Of a stretch of DNA of 64,000 nt, positions 14,744-25,112 are shown in pieces. The DNA lies in NCBI GenBank assembly GCA_965203905.1, contig CBDBDQ010000005.1:2560001-2624000 (forward strand). The letters are read 5' to 3'. Below the pieces are notes generated by a model, which had not been told where the DNA came from, searched no databases, and saw only the letters and a list, made by a program, of their open reading frames with translations. A program made the translations under genes and the position numbers. Source of the DNA: Spirochaetia bacterium. Lineage in GTDB: Bacteria; Spirochaetota; Spirochaetia; SZUA-6; Bin103. Position 1 is the first letter of the stretch. Each line of letters opens with the position of its first letter.

Positions 14744-16234
14744 TTGATGCATAGAAAGGGTGCAAGCACCTTGCTAATGGTTGTCGTAAGCGTAGTGGTT
14801 ACTCAGGTCGGCTGCGTCTTTGCGCCGACCCCAATGCCGGCAAGGGATCCCTCACCCGAGGAACGGATGGCGGACCTCGAAACGGAGCTCGGGGTTCTGG
14901 AAGGCGAGCTGGCAGCCGCACAGGCGGAGTTGGACCAATCCAGGGAGACGGTACGGGAGGCCGAGGAATCGGCCACCGAGGCGCAGGCGGAAACCGCACG
15001 TGCGAAGGACGCTGCTGAGGCCGCGGCGAGCGCGGCGCGCGAGGCCCAGGCGGAGACCGAACGGGCACAGGCCGAAGTTCGCGAGGCGCAGGTGGAATCC
15101 GAGCGGGCGCAGGCCGCGGCCAGCGCGGCGCGGGCGGAGAGCTCGGAGGCGCGCGCGGCTGCTGCTGCTGCCGAAGCCGCGCTCGCGAAGGCGATCCGCA
15201 CCCTGACCCAGCCCAATTACTCCGTGGTCGTGCAGGACCGTCAGGGGCGCAGAGTCGAGCTGCTTTCGGGGCTGGATCTGCGAATGCTGAATCTGGACTC
15301 TGCCCTGCTCTCCGTCGCCGGTCCTGACTCCATCTACCTCAAGGGAATCCGCTATGGCTCGGAGGAGTTCAGCGCACGCTTGCGCTACCCCGACCTCGGT
15401 ACGATTTCAGACCTGGACCTGACCACTCCGGCGCTGGATGTGGTGGCGCGTGACGCGCTGGTGGTATCCAACGTGGGTATCGGTGGTGCCGCCTACGCAA
15501 TTACCCTCCAATTCGGAGCCGACGGGACAGTTTCCATCACCCGCCAGGCACTGGGCCACAAGGTCAGGACGGCCGCGGAGCTGCTGCGCGACCAGTTGGT
15601 CGGCGCAGCCGTCGGCAATCGCATCGTGCGCGGCTTCGGCGGGGGCCAGGCGCTACCGGGCGAAGGCGCCTGGTCGCGCACCGCCCCCGGCAGGGTGAGT
15701 CAGACCGATCGGGAAGCCAGTCATGCCAAGTTCGCGATCGGTCCCAGGGCGCTGCCCAAGGCGACCACGTTGTACGGGGTAACCGCCAACGCCGACGGCA
15801 GCGTCAAGGCAGGGTTTGGCCTGCACTTCCTGGCATCCGAAGCGCCGGCCTCGGGCAATACCTGGAACTTCGGGCGTTCCTACCTGCTGTGGGCCACGCA
15901 GGAGCCGGCCTTCTTCGGGACCGACGATACGCAGATACAGCTCTACGAGTCGCAGGACGACAACCGCCTGGTGTGGCGGAAGAGCCGGAGCATCGCCCGG
16001 CCGTTGGCGTCGGGCGTCACTCTGGAAGCTCTCCACGACCCCGGCGACTGCATGGCGATGCCGGGTGACGCGCCGTGCCACGGGTCGATCACCGTGCTGG
16101 CTGACGGCGTGGAGCAGTTCACCGTCCCGGTCTCGGCGGAGGTCGCTCAGGGCGCCGCCGACACGATTGCGCTGCGGGCACTCGGCGGCCCGGCGGAATT
16201 TACCGAAGTGTACGTGATTTCACGCGACCGCTGA
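14744..16234 (+). CDS. Lipoprotein with Ala/Glu coiled coil, one beta module and a conserved C-terminal domain (short paralogue of 16377-20504)
   Basis: GGAGGA RBS; TQVGC lipobox-like site; C-terminus shares HAKFAI, GLHFLAS, SGNTWNFGRSYL and IALRALGGP with the downstream gene. Confidence 0.8.
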   Translation: MMHRKGASTLLMVVVSVVVTQVGCVFAPTPMPARDPSPEERMADLETELGVLEGELAAAQAELDQSRETVREAEESATEAQAETARAKDAAEAAASAAREAQAETERAQAEVREAQVESERAQAAASAARAESSEARAAAAAAEAALAKAIRTLTQPNYSVVVQDRQGRRVELLSGLDLRMLNLDSALLSVAGPDSIYLKGIRYGSEEFSARLRYPDLGTISDLDLTTPALDVVARDALVVSNVGIGGAAYAITLQFGADGTVSITRQALGHKVRTAAELLRDQLVGAAVGNRIVRGFGGGQALPGEGAWSRTAPGRVSQTDREASHAKFAIGPRALPKATTLYGVTANADGSVKAGFGLHFLASEAPASGNTWNFGRSYLLWATQEPAFFGTDDTQIQLYESQDDNRLVWRKSRSIARPLASGVTLEALHDPGDCMAMPGDAPCHGSITVLADGVEQFTVPVSAEVAQGAADTIALRALGGPAEFTEVYVISRDR

Positions 16235-16376
16235 CTCTGGCGGCACCGGCAACTCGCGTGCGCAACTGCGGCTGCGCAGACTACCGCACGGTTGCGTTCC
16301 GGGCCATGCTATGTTGATATGAACGTCCCGTCTGGACGGGATTCGGCTCAGCGTTGTGAGGAAGAGGAGAAGGGCA

Positions 16377-19300
16377 ATGCATAGAATAGGGATCGGCGCA
16401 GCTCTGCTTGTCGCTGCGATTTCATTGGTGAGTCAGACCGGCTGTGTGTCTCCGGCCGATGTAGAAGAGGAGGCCGAGGCTCCGGCACCGGTGGAACCGA
16501 AAGCGGCCGACCTGGACACCAAGGTGGCCGACCTGGAAGCGGAAGTCGCCGCGCTCACGGATCAGGTGGCGGCAGCGCAGGAAGACGCAGCTGCTGCGGA
16601 GGAAGACGCAGCTGCTGCGGAGGAAGAGGCAGCTGCTGCGCAGGCGGAAGCGGCGGCGGCAGAGGCGGATGCCGCGACCGCGCAGGCGGCGCTGAGCGAG
16701 GCCGAGGCGATGGCCTCTTCCGCCGAGGAAGCCGCCAGTCAGGCACGTGCGGTAAGCGAGCGTGCTCAGGCCGAGACCCGGCAAGCCCAAGCCGAGGTTG
16801 CGGCATTGCTGGCGGCAGCTCCCGCACCGGGAATCGAGGTCTCCCCTGACCAGATCGATATCAGCTTGCTGGATGTCGACTCGGCGCAGGTGTCGCTGGC
16901 GGGTCCTGACGCCATCTACGTGTCGTCGATCAGGTACGCCGGGCTGCCCTACTCCGCTCTGCTGAGATACCAGGGCGGGACCAGCGCCACGATAGCGCGC
17001 GTCTACGGTCCCAGTGGCGCGCTCATTCCCGATTCGGTCGATCTGTCGCAGACGGTGCTCTCGCTCGTGGCGCCGGACATTCTCGACGTCGCCAACGTGG
17101 GGGTGCACGGTCGCGGCTACTCGGGTCAGCTACGCTACACCGGCGGCAACCAGTTGCAGGTTGCCGGCATTCAGCGGGTCACGCTGCCGCCTACCGCAGC
17201 GCAGCAGATTGCCGGTTTGCAGCAGCAACTGGCCGCCGCGCAGGCAGAAAGCGCCCGCACCATGGACGCACTGGGCGCCGCGGAAGCCTCTGCGCGAGAA
17301 GCGCAGGATGCACTGGCCGTGGCGGAGGCGGCAGCCGCGGCGGCCCATGACGAGGCGGCGGCAGCACGTGGCGAAGTGGCGGCGGCCCGCGACGAGGCGG
17401 CGGCAGCCCGTGACGAAGTGGCGGCGGCGCAGTCCAAGGTGGACATGATGCTGGCGGACGCGTACCAGCCGTCGGCGGTGGCGGTGGCGGCGGACCGGCT
17501 CGACGGGAGTCTGTTGAGCCTGGCGGGCGCGCGCGCGTCGCTGGCGGGTCCGGACCGGGTGTACGTGACGGCGATCGAGTACGCCGGCGAGAGCTATTCG
17601 GCATTGCTGAGGTACCGAGGCGGTACCACGGCGACGGTGGAGCAGGTGTACGGGCCGAGCGGGAAGCTGATTCCGGACTCGGTGGGGTTGGCGCAGACGC
17701 GGCTGGCGTTCGTGGCGCCGGACGTGCTGGACATCGCTTACGTGGAAGTGGACGGCCAGGGATACTCCGGCCAGCTGCGCTACGCGGGTGACAACCGGCT
17801 GGAGGTTGCCGCGATACGGCGCGTGACGTTGCCGCCGACGGCCGCGGAGATGGCCGCGGAGGCGGCCGCAGAAGCGGTCGCGGAAGCGCAGTCGGCGGCC
17901 GACGCCGCGGTAGCGGCGGCGCAGGACAGCGCGGCCGCGGCAATGAGCGACGCGGAGGCGGCGGTGGCCGCGGCGGAAGCGGCCGCGGCGGCTGCCCGGG
18001 ACGAAGCGGCGGCTGCCCGTGACGAAGTGGCGGCGGCGCAGGCCAAGGTCGACATGATGCAGGCGGACGCGTACCAGCCGTCGGCGGTGGCGGTGTCCGC
18101 GGACCGGCTCGACGGGAGTCTGTTGAGCCTGGCGGGCGCGCGCGCGTCGCTGGCGGGTCCGGACCGGGTGTACGTGACGTCGATCGAGTACGCCGGCGAG
18201 GATTATTCGGCATTGCTGAGGTACCGAGGCGGTACGACGGCGACGGTGGAGCAGGTGTACGGGCCGAGCGGGAAGCTGATTCCGGACTCGGTGGGGTTGG
18301 CGCAGACGCGGCTGGCGTTCGTGGCGCCGGACGTGCTGGACATCGCTTACGTGGAAGTGGACGGCCAGGGATACTCCGGCCAGCTGCGCTACGCGGGTGA
18401 CAACCGCCTGGAGGTTGCCGGGATACGGCGCGTGACGCTGCCACCCACGGCGGCACAACAGGTGTCGGCGGCGGAAGCGGCGGCGGCCGAGGCGGTCGCG
18501 GCGGCGCAGTCGGCGGCCGACGCCGCGGTAACGGAGGCTCAGCAGAGCGCGGCCACCGCGGAGGCGGCAACCGCAGCGGCGGAAGCGGCAACTGCAGCGG
18601 CGGAGGCGGCAACCGAGGCTGCGCTGGCACAAGCCGCCGCGGCGCGCGGCGAAGCGGCGGCGGCGCAGGCCAAGGTCGACATGATGCAGGCGGATGCGTA
18701 TCAGCCATCCGCGATAACCGTGGCGGCGGGCCAGCTCGTTCCCGGCCGGTTGAGCTTCGACGCGGCACGCGCGTCGCTGGCCGGACCGGATACGATCTAC
18801 GTCTCGTCGATCATGTACGACGGCCAGAGCTACTCGGCGTTGCTCAAGTACCAGGGCGGCACCACCGCGACGGTGGAGCAGGTGTATGGGCCGCGTGGCA
18901 AGCTGATACCGGACTCGGTGGGTCTGGCCCAGACCCAGTTGGCATTCGCACCGCCGAACGCCTTGAACATCTCCTACGTCGAGGTGGGCGGGCAGGGTTA
19001 CGCCGGGCAATTGCGTTACAGCGGCGGCAATCGGCTGGAGGTAACGGGGATCCAGCGTGTGACCCTGCCGCCGACGGCGGCCCAGCAGGTGGCAGCCGCG
19101 GAAGCGGCGGCGGCCGTAGCGGTAGCCGACGCGGAGGCCACGGCGGCCACAGCGGTAGCCGACGCGGAGGCCACGGCCGCCGCAGCGGTAGCCGATGCGG
19201 AAGCTATGGCAGCAGCAACGATAGCCGACGCGCAAGCCACGGCGGCCGCGGCGGTAGCCGATGCGGAAGCCACGGCAGCAGCAACGATAGCCGACGCGGA

Positions 19301-20504
19301 AGCCACGGCGGCCGCGGCGATAGCCGATGCGGAAGCCACGGCTGCAGCGGCAGTGGCGGATGCGGAAGCCGCCGCCGCCGTCGCGATGAGCGACGCCGAA
19401 GCCGCGGCGTCCGCGGCCCGAATGGCGGCGGCTGACGCGGCCGAGGCGCGCGCCGAGCTCGCGGTCCTGATGCGGGATCTGGAAGGCCGCCGCGTGGTAC
19501 CGACCGCGGTGGATTTCAACCTCGTCGATCTGGATTCCGCGCGGGTATCGGTCGCCGGTCCGGACTCGATCTACGTTTCCGGGATCAGGTACGACGGGGG
19601 CGAGTTCGCCGCCCGCCTGCGCTACACCGGCGCCAGCCGCGGGGTGGTGGAGGCGCTGTTCGATACCAGCTCGGGCGGGCTTCCGGAGCTCGATCTGTCG
19701 GCACCTGAGATGGCGGTGCTCGGTGCCGAGACAATGGTGATCTCCAACGTCGGAATCGGCGGCGTAGCCTACTCCTTTACCCTGCGCATCAGCGGGGATG
19801 GAGGCATCGTGATCTCCCAGCAGTCGCAGGGTCATCCGGTGAGGACCGCCGCCGAGCTGCTCCGGGACGAGCTGCTGAGCTCCCCCGGCATCGCCCGCGT
19901 GGTGAGTGGGGCGGGCGGCGGCCGGGCGCTGCCGGACGAGGGGAGCTGGCTCGCTTCCAGCGCCGGTGTCGTGAGCCAGACCGACGTCGAAGCCAGTCAT
20001 GCGAAGTTCGCGATCCGCAACGTGCGGCAGCCCGCGGTGCCTACCCTGTATGGCGTGTCGGTGCGTACCCCCGGAGCCCAGAAGTTGGGATACGGGCTGC
20101 ACTTCCTGGCCTCGCGCACGCCGCAGTCCGGCAACACCTGGAACTTCGGCCGGTCGTACCTGGTATGGGCCACCCGCGAGCATGACTTCTACGACACGAA
20201 GGCGACGCAGGTGCAACTCTACGAGTCGTTCGACGGCAATCGATTGATGTGGCTGAACAGCCGCAACCTGTTGCAGGGGTTGACGCCCGGCTTGACGCTG
20301 GAGGCGCTCTACCACCCGGACGACTGTCCGGAGCCGATGGGCGGCGCGCCGTGCTACGGATCGATCACCGTATTCGTGGACGGCGTCGAGCAGTTCAAGG
20401 TGGCAGTGTCGGAGAACGTCGCCGGGCAGGCGGCGGATTCGATTGCGCTACGAGCCCTGGGCGGGCCGATCGAGTTTGCCGATCTGTACGTGCATTCGCG
20501 CTGA
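16377..20504 (+). CDS. Large repetitive lipoprotein with alternating Ala-rich coiled coils and ~120-aa beta modules
   Basis: GAGGAG RBS before ATG 16377; SQTGC lipobox-like site; four near-complete SLAGPD...IPDSV...RVTLPPTAA modules plus one divergent module. Confidence 0.85.
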   Translation: MHRIGIGAALLVAAISLVSQTGCVSPADVEEEAEAPAPVEPKAADLDTKVADLEAEVAALTDQVAAAQEDAAAAEEDAAAAEEEAAAAQAEAAAAEADAATAQAALSEAEAMASSAEEAASQARAVSERAQAETRQAQAEVAALLAAAPAPGIEVSPDQIDISLLDVDSAQVSLAGPDAIYVSSIRYAGLPYSALLRYQGGTSATIARVYGPSGALIPDSVDLSQTVLSLVAPDILDVANVGVHGRGYSGQLRYTGGNQLQVAGIQRVTLPPTAAQQIAGLQQQLAAAQAESARTMDALGAAEASAREAQDALAVAEAAAAAAHDEAAAARGEVAAARDEAAAARDEVAAAQSKVDMMLADAYQPSAVAVAADRLDGSLLSLAGARASLAGPDRVYVTAIEYAGESYSALLRYRGGTTATVEQVYGPSGKLIPDSVGLAQTRLAFVAPDVLDIAYVEVDGQGYSGQLRYAGDNRLEVAAIRRVTLPPTAAEMAAEAAAEAVAEAQSAADAAVAAAQDSAAAAMSDAEAAVAAAEAAAAAARDEAAAARDEVAAAQAKVDMMQADAYQPSAVAVSADRLDGSLLSLAGARASLAGPDRVYVTSIEYAGEDYSALLRYRGGTTATVEQVYGPSGKLIPDSVGLAQTRLAFVAPDVLDIAYVEVDGQGYSGQLRYAGDNRLEVAGIRRVTLPPTAAQQVSAAEAAAAEAVAAAQSAADAAVTEAQQSAATAEAATAAAEAATAAAEAATEAALAQAAAARGEAAAAQAKVDMMQADAYQPSAITVAAGQLVPGRLSFDAARASLAGPDTIYVSSIMYDGQSYSALLKYQGGTTATVEQVYGPRGKLIPDSVGLAQTQLAFAPPNALNISYVEVGGQGYAGQLRYSGGNRLEVTGIQRVTLPPTAAQQVAAAEAAAAVAVADAEATAATAVADAEATAAAAVADAEAMAAATIADAQATAAAAVADAEATAAATIADAEATAAAAIADAEATAAAAVADAEAAAAVAMSDAEAAASAARMAAADAAEARAELAVLMRDLEGRRVVPTAVDFNLVDLDSARVSVAGPDSIYVSGIRYDGGEFAARLRYTGASRGVVEALFDTSSGGLPELDLSAPEMAVLGAETMVISNVGIGGVAYSFTLRISGDGGIVISQQSQGHPVRTAAELLRDELLSSPGIARVVSGAGGGRALPDEGSWLASSAGVVSQTDVEASHAKFAIRNVRQPAVPTLYGVSVRTPGAQKLGYGLHFLASRTPQSGNTWNFGRSYLVWATREHDFYDTKATQVQLYESFDGNRLMWLNSRNLLQGLTPGLTLEALYHPDDCPEPMGGAPCYGSITVFVDGVEQFKVAVSENVAGQAADSIALRALGGPIEFADLYVHSR
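17385..18540 (+). repeat. Near-identical intragenic direct repeat, period 609 bp
   Basis: gacgaagtggcggcggcgcag occurs at 17412 and 18021; the downstream ~430 bp are almost identical. More diverged copies lie at ~16830-17210 and ~18650-19100. Confidence 0.9.
19119..19415 (+). repeat. 33-bp tandem repeat encoding about nine 11-aa (hendecad) units, AVADAEATAAA
   Basis: gcggtagccgacgcggaggccacggcggccaca-type units read directly from the sequence. Confidence 0.9.
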
Positions 20505-20526
20505 CCGGCGAAGGTAGGTTCCGGGC

Positions 20527-21867
20527 TCAGGTGCCGGCGGGGATAGCGGTCAGGACCCCGTCGGCCAGGGCCCGGGTGACGGTGACGCGGCGCAGCTCGC
20601 CGGCGGCCGGCCGCTTGGGGACGGGGAACCGGACCCGCAGATACGATTCGCCGTAGCCGGTGGCGATGCCGCCGGTGGTTTCCTCCACCAGCACCCGTTG
20701 CTGGCGGCCACACAGCCGCCGTGCCAGGCGCCGGCGTCCGGCGGCCGCCACTTCGCGTATCGCCGCGCTGCGCTGCGCCTTGACCGGTTCCGGCACGGCA
20801 TCCGCCATTCGCGCGGCCCGCGTCCCTGCCCGTGGCGAGTAGCGGAAGGTGTGGATGTGGCCGAAGTCGACGCTTTCGCAGAGCGCGAGAGTCCGCTCGA
20901 AGTCGGCGTCGGTCTCGCCGGGGAAGCCCACCAGCACGTCGGTGCTGAAGTGGGCGGGAACTCCGCGCCGGTCCCAGGTTGCGCGGATCCGGGTGATCAG
21001 GTCCACGTAGCGGTCCACGTCGTACTCGCGCCGCATGCGCAGCAGCACGCGGTCGGACCCACTCTGCAGGCACAGGTGCAGATGTGGACACAGCTTGTCG
21101 TGGGCGGTGAGATCGATGAAGCGCTCATCGAGCGGATCCGGCTCCAACGAGGAGATGCGGATCCGGTAGTCGCCCGGGAGTTCCAGCAACTCCTGCAGCA
21201 AACGGCTGAAGCTCCAGCCGCACCAGTCGTAGCGGCCGATGTTGACGCCGGTCAGCACCAGTTCGTGGTGGCCGTCCGCAAGCAGGCGGCGCGCCTCCTG
21301 CAGGATGGCGGGGGCGGCGCGGCTGCGGGCCCGGCCGCGCACCGCCGGGATGATGCAGAACGTGCAGTGGTTGTCGCATCCATCCTGGATCTTGATGGTG
21401 GCGCGCGTATGCAGCGGCTGCGGTCCGGGGCGGTAGCCGAACGGATCGGTCGGCAGCGCCGCCGGATCTGCCACCTCGCCGGCCAGATGGGCGGCGACCA
21501 GATCGAAGATCCGGCTCTTGCGGGCATTGTCGACCGCGTAGTCGACGCCCGGCAGGTCGCACGCCACCCCGCCCTGGGCGGTGACGTAGCAGCCGGTGGC
21601 CACCACCAGCGCACCGCCTGCCGCAGCGCCAGGTGCCGAGCGGTCGCTGGTTCCCGGCCCGGGCTGACGAATGGCGCGCCGCAGGGCATTGCGCGACTTG
21701 CGGTCGGCCTGGCCGGTCACCGTGCAGGTATTGACCACTACCACGTCGGGCGACTCGCCGGCACTTACGATGCGATAGCCGGCCGCCAGGAAGCGCGCCG
21801 CGAGGGCGTCGCTCTCGGCGATGTTGAGCCGGCAGCCGAGGTTGGTAAAGGCGATGGAAGGCGGCAT
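20527..21867 (-). CDS. mtaB: tRNA methylthiotransferase MtaB (radical SAM)
   Basis: LGCRLNIAES, VNTCTVT, KIQDGCDNHCTFCIIP and HTFRYSPRAGT motifs. Confidence 0.9.
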   Translation of the reverse strand: MPPSIAFTNLGCRLNIAESDALAARFLAAGYRIVSAGESPDVVVVNTCTVTGQADRKSRNALRRAIRQPGPGTSDRSAPGAAAGGALVVATGCYVTAQGGVACDLPGVDYAVDNARKSRIFDLVAAHLAGEVADPAALPTDPFGYRPGPQPLHTRATIKIQDGCDNHCTFCIIPAVRGRARSRAAPAILQEARRLLADGHHELVLTGVNIGRYDWCGWSFSRLLQELLELPGDYRIRISSLEPDPLDERFIDLTAHDKLCPHLHLCLQSGSDRVLLRMRREYDVDRYVDLITRIRATWDRRGVPAHFSTDVLVGFPGETDADFERTLALCESVDFGHIHTFRYSPRAGTRAARMADAVPEPVKAQRSAAIREVAAAGRRRLARRLCGRQQRVLVEETTGGIATGYGESYLRVRFPVPKRPAAGELRRVTVTRALADGVLTAIPAGT

Positions 21868-21890
21868 CGGCCGCGTAAGGCGGAGACGGC

Positions 21891-23138
21891 TCAGGCGCTG
21901 CGACCGGGCAACGCCGAGGCGCCGGATTCCTGTTGGTAGTGGCTGAAGAAACGATGCAGCCTCGCGGTCACCTCGGTGATCTGATCGACCCGAGGCAGAG
22001 ACACCACGCGGAAGTGATCCGGGCGAATCCAGCCGAAGGCGCTGCCCTGGACCAGCAGCACTTTCTCCTCCATCAGCAGATCCAGGATCAGCCGCTCATC
22101 GTCCAGAATCCCGAAGCGGTCGGTATCCACCTTGGGAAACAGGTAGAACGCGCCCTGCGGCTTGACGCAGCTGATTCCGGGAATGGAGGTCAGGGCGTCG
22201 TACAGCGCGTTGCGCTGCTGCGTCAGCCGTCCGCCCGGGGCGGTGAGCTGATTGATGCTCTGGAAGCCTCCCAGCGAGGTCTGGATGGCGAGTTGGCCGG
22301 GTACGTTGGCGCCCAGCCGCATGGCGGAAAGGATGCCGAGGCCCTCGATGAAATCGCGCGCCGCATGCTTGGCGCCGCTGAGGAGCATCCAGCCGGAACG
22401 GTAGCCGGGGATCCGATAGGTCTTGGAGAGACCGTTGAACGTGGCGATGAGGATGTCGTCGGCCAACAGCGCCAGGGGGGTATGCCGCACACCGTCGTAC
22501 ACGATCTTGTCGTAGATCTCGTCGGCGAACAGCACCAGCCGGTGCTCGCGCGCCAGCGCCACGATTCGCTCCAGGCACTCGCGCGGGTACACCGCACCCG
22601 TTGGGTTGTTGGGATTGATCACCACGATGGCACGGGTACGGGAGGTGATCCTGGAGGCGATGTCGGCGGTGTCCGGCGCCCAGCCCGACTCCTCGTCGCA
22701 CAGGTAGTGCACCGCACGTCCGCCGGCGAGGTTCACCGCCGCGGTCCACAGCGGATAGTCGGGGGCCGGTAACAGCACTTCGTCGCCATCGTTGAGCAAC
22801 CCCTGCAGCGCCATGGTGATCAGCTCGCTGACGCCGTTGCCGAGGAAGATGTCGTCGATCTGCACCCGCGGCACGCCGAGCGCCTGGTAGTGCTGCATCA
22901 CCGCCTTGCGGGCGGTGGACAACCCCTGCGACTCGCTGTAACCCTGCCCCTGGCTGAGATTCGCGATCACGTCGTGGACGATCTCCTCGGGTGCTTCGAA
23001 ACCCCACGGCGCGGGATCGCCGATGTTGAGCTTGGCTACCCGGAAGCCTTCCTCCTCCAGGCGCCGCGCAGCGGCCAGAATCGGACCACGAATGTCGTAG
23101 CGCACGTCCTTGAGCTTGTCCGATTTCATCAGTTGCAT
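21891..23138 (-). CDS. alaA: PLP-dependent class I aminotransferase, AlaA-like alanine transaminase
   Basis: YDIRGP, KLNIGDP, PDYPLWTAAV, INPNNPTGAVY and FNGLSKTYRIPGYRSGW motifs. Start taken at MQLMKSDKL. Confidence 0.88.
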   Translation of the reverse strand: MQLMKSDKLKDVRYDIRGPILAAARRLEEEGFRVAKLNIGDPAPWGFEAPEEIVHDVIANLSQGQGYSESQGLSTARKAVMQHYQALGVPRVQIDDIFLGNGVSELITMALQGLLNDGDEVLLPAPDYPLWTAAVNLAGGRAVHYLCDEESGWAPDTADIASRITSRTRAIVVINPNNPTGAVYPRECLERIVALAREHRLVLFADEIYDKIVYDGVRHTPLALLADDILIATFNGLSKTYRIPGYRSGWMLLSGAKHAARDFIEGLGILSAMRLGANVPGQLAIQTSLGGFQSINQLTAPGGRLTQQRNALYDALTSIPGISCVKPQGAFYLFPKVDTDRFGILDDERLILDLLMEEKVLLVQGSAFGWIRPDHFRVVSLPRVDQITEVTARLHRFFSHYQQESGASALPGRSA

Positions 23139-23333
23139 GGCGTAATCCCTCGTCTGGCACGCATCCGGCCGACGGCACCCCATGGCGGGCCGTGGCCGGC
23201 GGTACATCGCCGCCGGCTGATCCGGGGCGTTGGAAGAGCCAAATAATACCGCTTCCCGCGCCTGTCGGCTACCGACAAACAGCACTCACTTGCTCCGCTT
23301 GACCCGGTGGCGCCGAGCGGCGCTCATTGGGGC

Positions 23334-25112
23334 ATGCTGCTGGCCGAGCCGCTGCCGCGCCGGATCCTCGCGTGGCGACTGAAGGGTGCCGGGTTCGAGC
23401 ACCTGGGCGCCGACGGTGGTCCGGACGAGGTGCCGTTTCCCGCCTACGACGAGGGTGACGTCATCGGTCGCGTGGAGGCGGTCGGCATCTGCTACTCCGA
23501 CGCCAAGCTGGTGCACGCCGGCGGCTCCCACCCGCGCCTGCGCGGGCGCGACCTGGCGGCGGCGCCGGTGACTCCCGGGCACGAAGTGACGCTCACAATG
23601 GTGGGGGTGGGTGAGCGCCGCCGCGGCCAGGTGCGGCTCGGCGCCCGCTACATCCTGCAGCCGGACGTGTACTACCGGGGCCGCACCCTGGCGGTAGGCT
23701 ACCAGCTCCCCGGAGCGCTGGCGCAGTACGTGGTCCTGGGACGCGAGGTGCTGGACGGCGACGAAGGATGTTACCTGGTGCCCCTCCCGGAGCAGGTCGG
23801 CAGCGTGGAAGGTGCGCTGGTCGAGCCGTGGACCTGCGTGCTGGCGGCGTACCAGATCGCCGCCCGCACCCACCTGCGCAGCGGCGGCACGCTGCGCCTG
23901 TACGGGTTCGCCGGGCAGCCGGCACTCGACCTGGCCGGCAGCACCTTCGGTGCCGTACCGGAACGGCTGGGAGTACCGGTGCCGCCCGCCGACCCGGCCG
24001 CGCCGCCGCCCCGGCAGGTCATCGCCAGCGGGCTGAGCCGCGCCAACCGCGAGGCACTGGAGGCCTGGGCCGACGCGCGGGGCGTGCCGGTCGTGTGGCA
24101 GGACGGCGCGCCACCGCGCGGCGCCGACGACGTGGTGGTCGCCGGTATCCCTGCTCCCGCGGACTGGATGGCGCGGCTGTTCGCGGCGCTGCCGCGGCAC
24201 GCGGTCGTGAGCCTGCACCTGCAGCCCGGTTTCACCACCGCCACGACGCTGGCGTGCGACATCGGCCGCATCCATTACCAGGGGATCCGCCTGGTGGGGC
24301 GTTGCGACGGCAACGTGGCGGCCGCCTACGCCGCTGCCACGCGCCGGGAGTTGGCGCCGGGCGGCCGCGCCTGGTTCGTCGGCGGCGCCGGGCCCATGGG
24401 ACAGATGCACGTGCTCCACGCCCTGGCACGGCAGCGACCGCCGGCCACGGTGGTGGTCACCGATCGGTCGCCGGTGCGGTTGCAGGCGCTGGGCGAGCGG
24501 GCGGCGGCGCTGGGACTGCGGGCACCCGTTCTGCTGCCGGTGGGCGGGGCGCGGCCGCCGGTCGACGCCGAGTTGCGGCGGCTGGCACCGGACGGCTTCG
24601 ACGACGTGGTGCTGCTGGCGCCCTCCGCCGCGGCCGCGGAGCACGCGGCCCGGTTCCTGGGCGCGGCCGGCTACCTGAACGTGTTCGCCGGGGTGGCGGA
24701 GGGCAGCGTTGCGCACCTCCCGCTGTGCTCGATTGCCGCCGGGGCACGGGTCGCCGGGACCACCGGCTCGCCGCTGGCCGCCACCGTGCAGACCCTGGAC
24801 CTGGTGGCCGCGGGCGCACTGCGTCCCGGCATGGTCCTGGGCGCACTGGCCGACCTCGGGCACGGGCGCGCGGCGGTGGAAGCGGTGGCGGAGGGGCGCA
24901 TCGCGGGCAAGTTGGTGCTGCTGCCCTTCGCCCGCGAGCTGGGTCTGCAGACCCTCGATGCCCTGGCCGCCGGGAACCCCGCCTGGCGCCGTGCGCTGGC
25001 CGGCGGCCGTCACTGGTCGCGCGCCGCCGAGCGGTTGTGCGCGGCGGACCAGGGCTACCCGGCCGGCGGCACGGCCTCGCAGCCGGCGGCCGGACAGGCA
25101 CCGGCTTCGTAG
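23334..25112 (+). CDS. Long zinc-binding MDR alcohol dehydrogenase (sorbose-1-phosphate reductase-like)
   Basis: GICYSD and PGHE Zn ligands; LVEPWTCV and GGAGPMGQMH motifs. Confidence 0.8.
   Translation: MLLAEPLPRRILAWRLKGAGFEHLGADGGPDEVPFPAYDEGDVIGRVEAVGICYSDAKLVHAGGSHPRLRGRDLAAAPVTPGHEVTLTMVGVGERRRGQVRLGARYILQPDVYYRGRTLAVGYQLPGALAQYVVLGREVLDGDEGCYLVPLPEQVGSVEGALVEPWTCVLAAYQIAARTHLRSGGTLRLYGFAGQPALDLAGSTFGAVPERLGVPVPPADPAAPPPRQVIASGLSRANREALEAWADARGVPVVWQDGAPPRGADDVVVAGIPAPADWMARLFAALPRHAVVSLHLQPGFTTATTLACDIGRIHYQGIRLVGRCDGNVAAAYAAATRRELAPGGRAWFVGGAGPMGQMHVLHALARQRPPATVVVTDRSPVRLQALGERAAALGLRAPVLLPVGGARPPVDAELRRLAPDGFDDVVLLAPSAAAAEHAARFLGAAGYLNVFAGVAEGSVAHLPLCSIAAGARVAGTTGSPLAATVQTLDLVAAGALRPGMVLGALADLGHGRAAVEAVAEGRIAGKLVLLPFARELGLQTLDALAAGNPAWRRALAGGRHWSRAAERLCAADQGYPAGGTASQPAAGQAPAS

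Noticed and set aside
14657-16344. Shared TGGACGGG(T)ATTC motif upstream of both repeat lipoproteins
   Set aside because: Only ~12 bp, at different distances from the starts; too weak to call a regulatory site.
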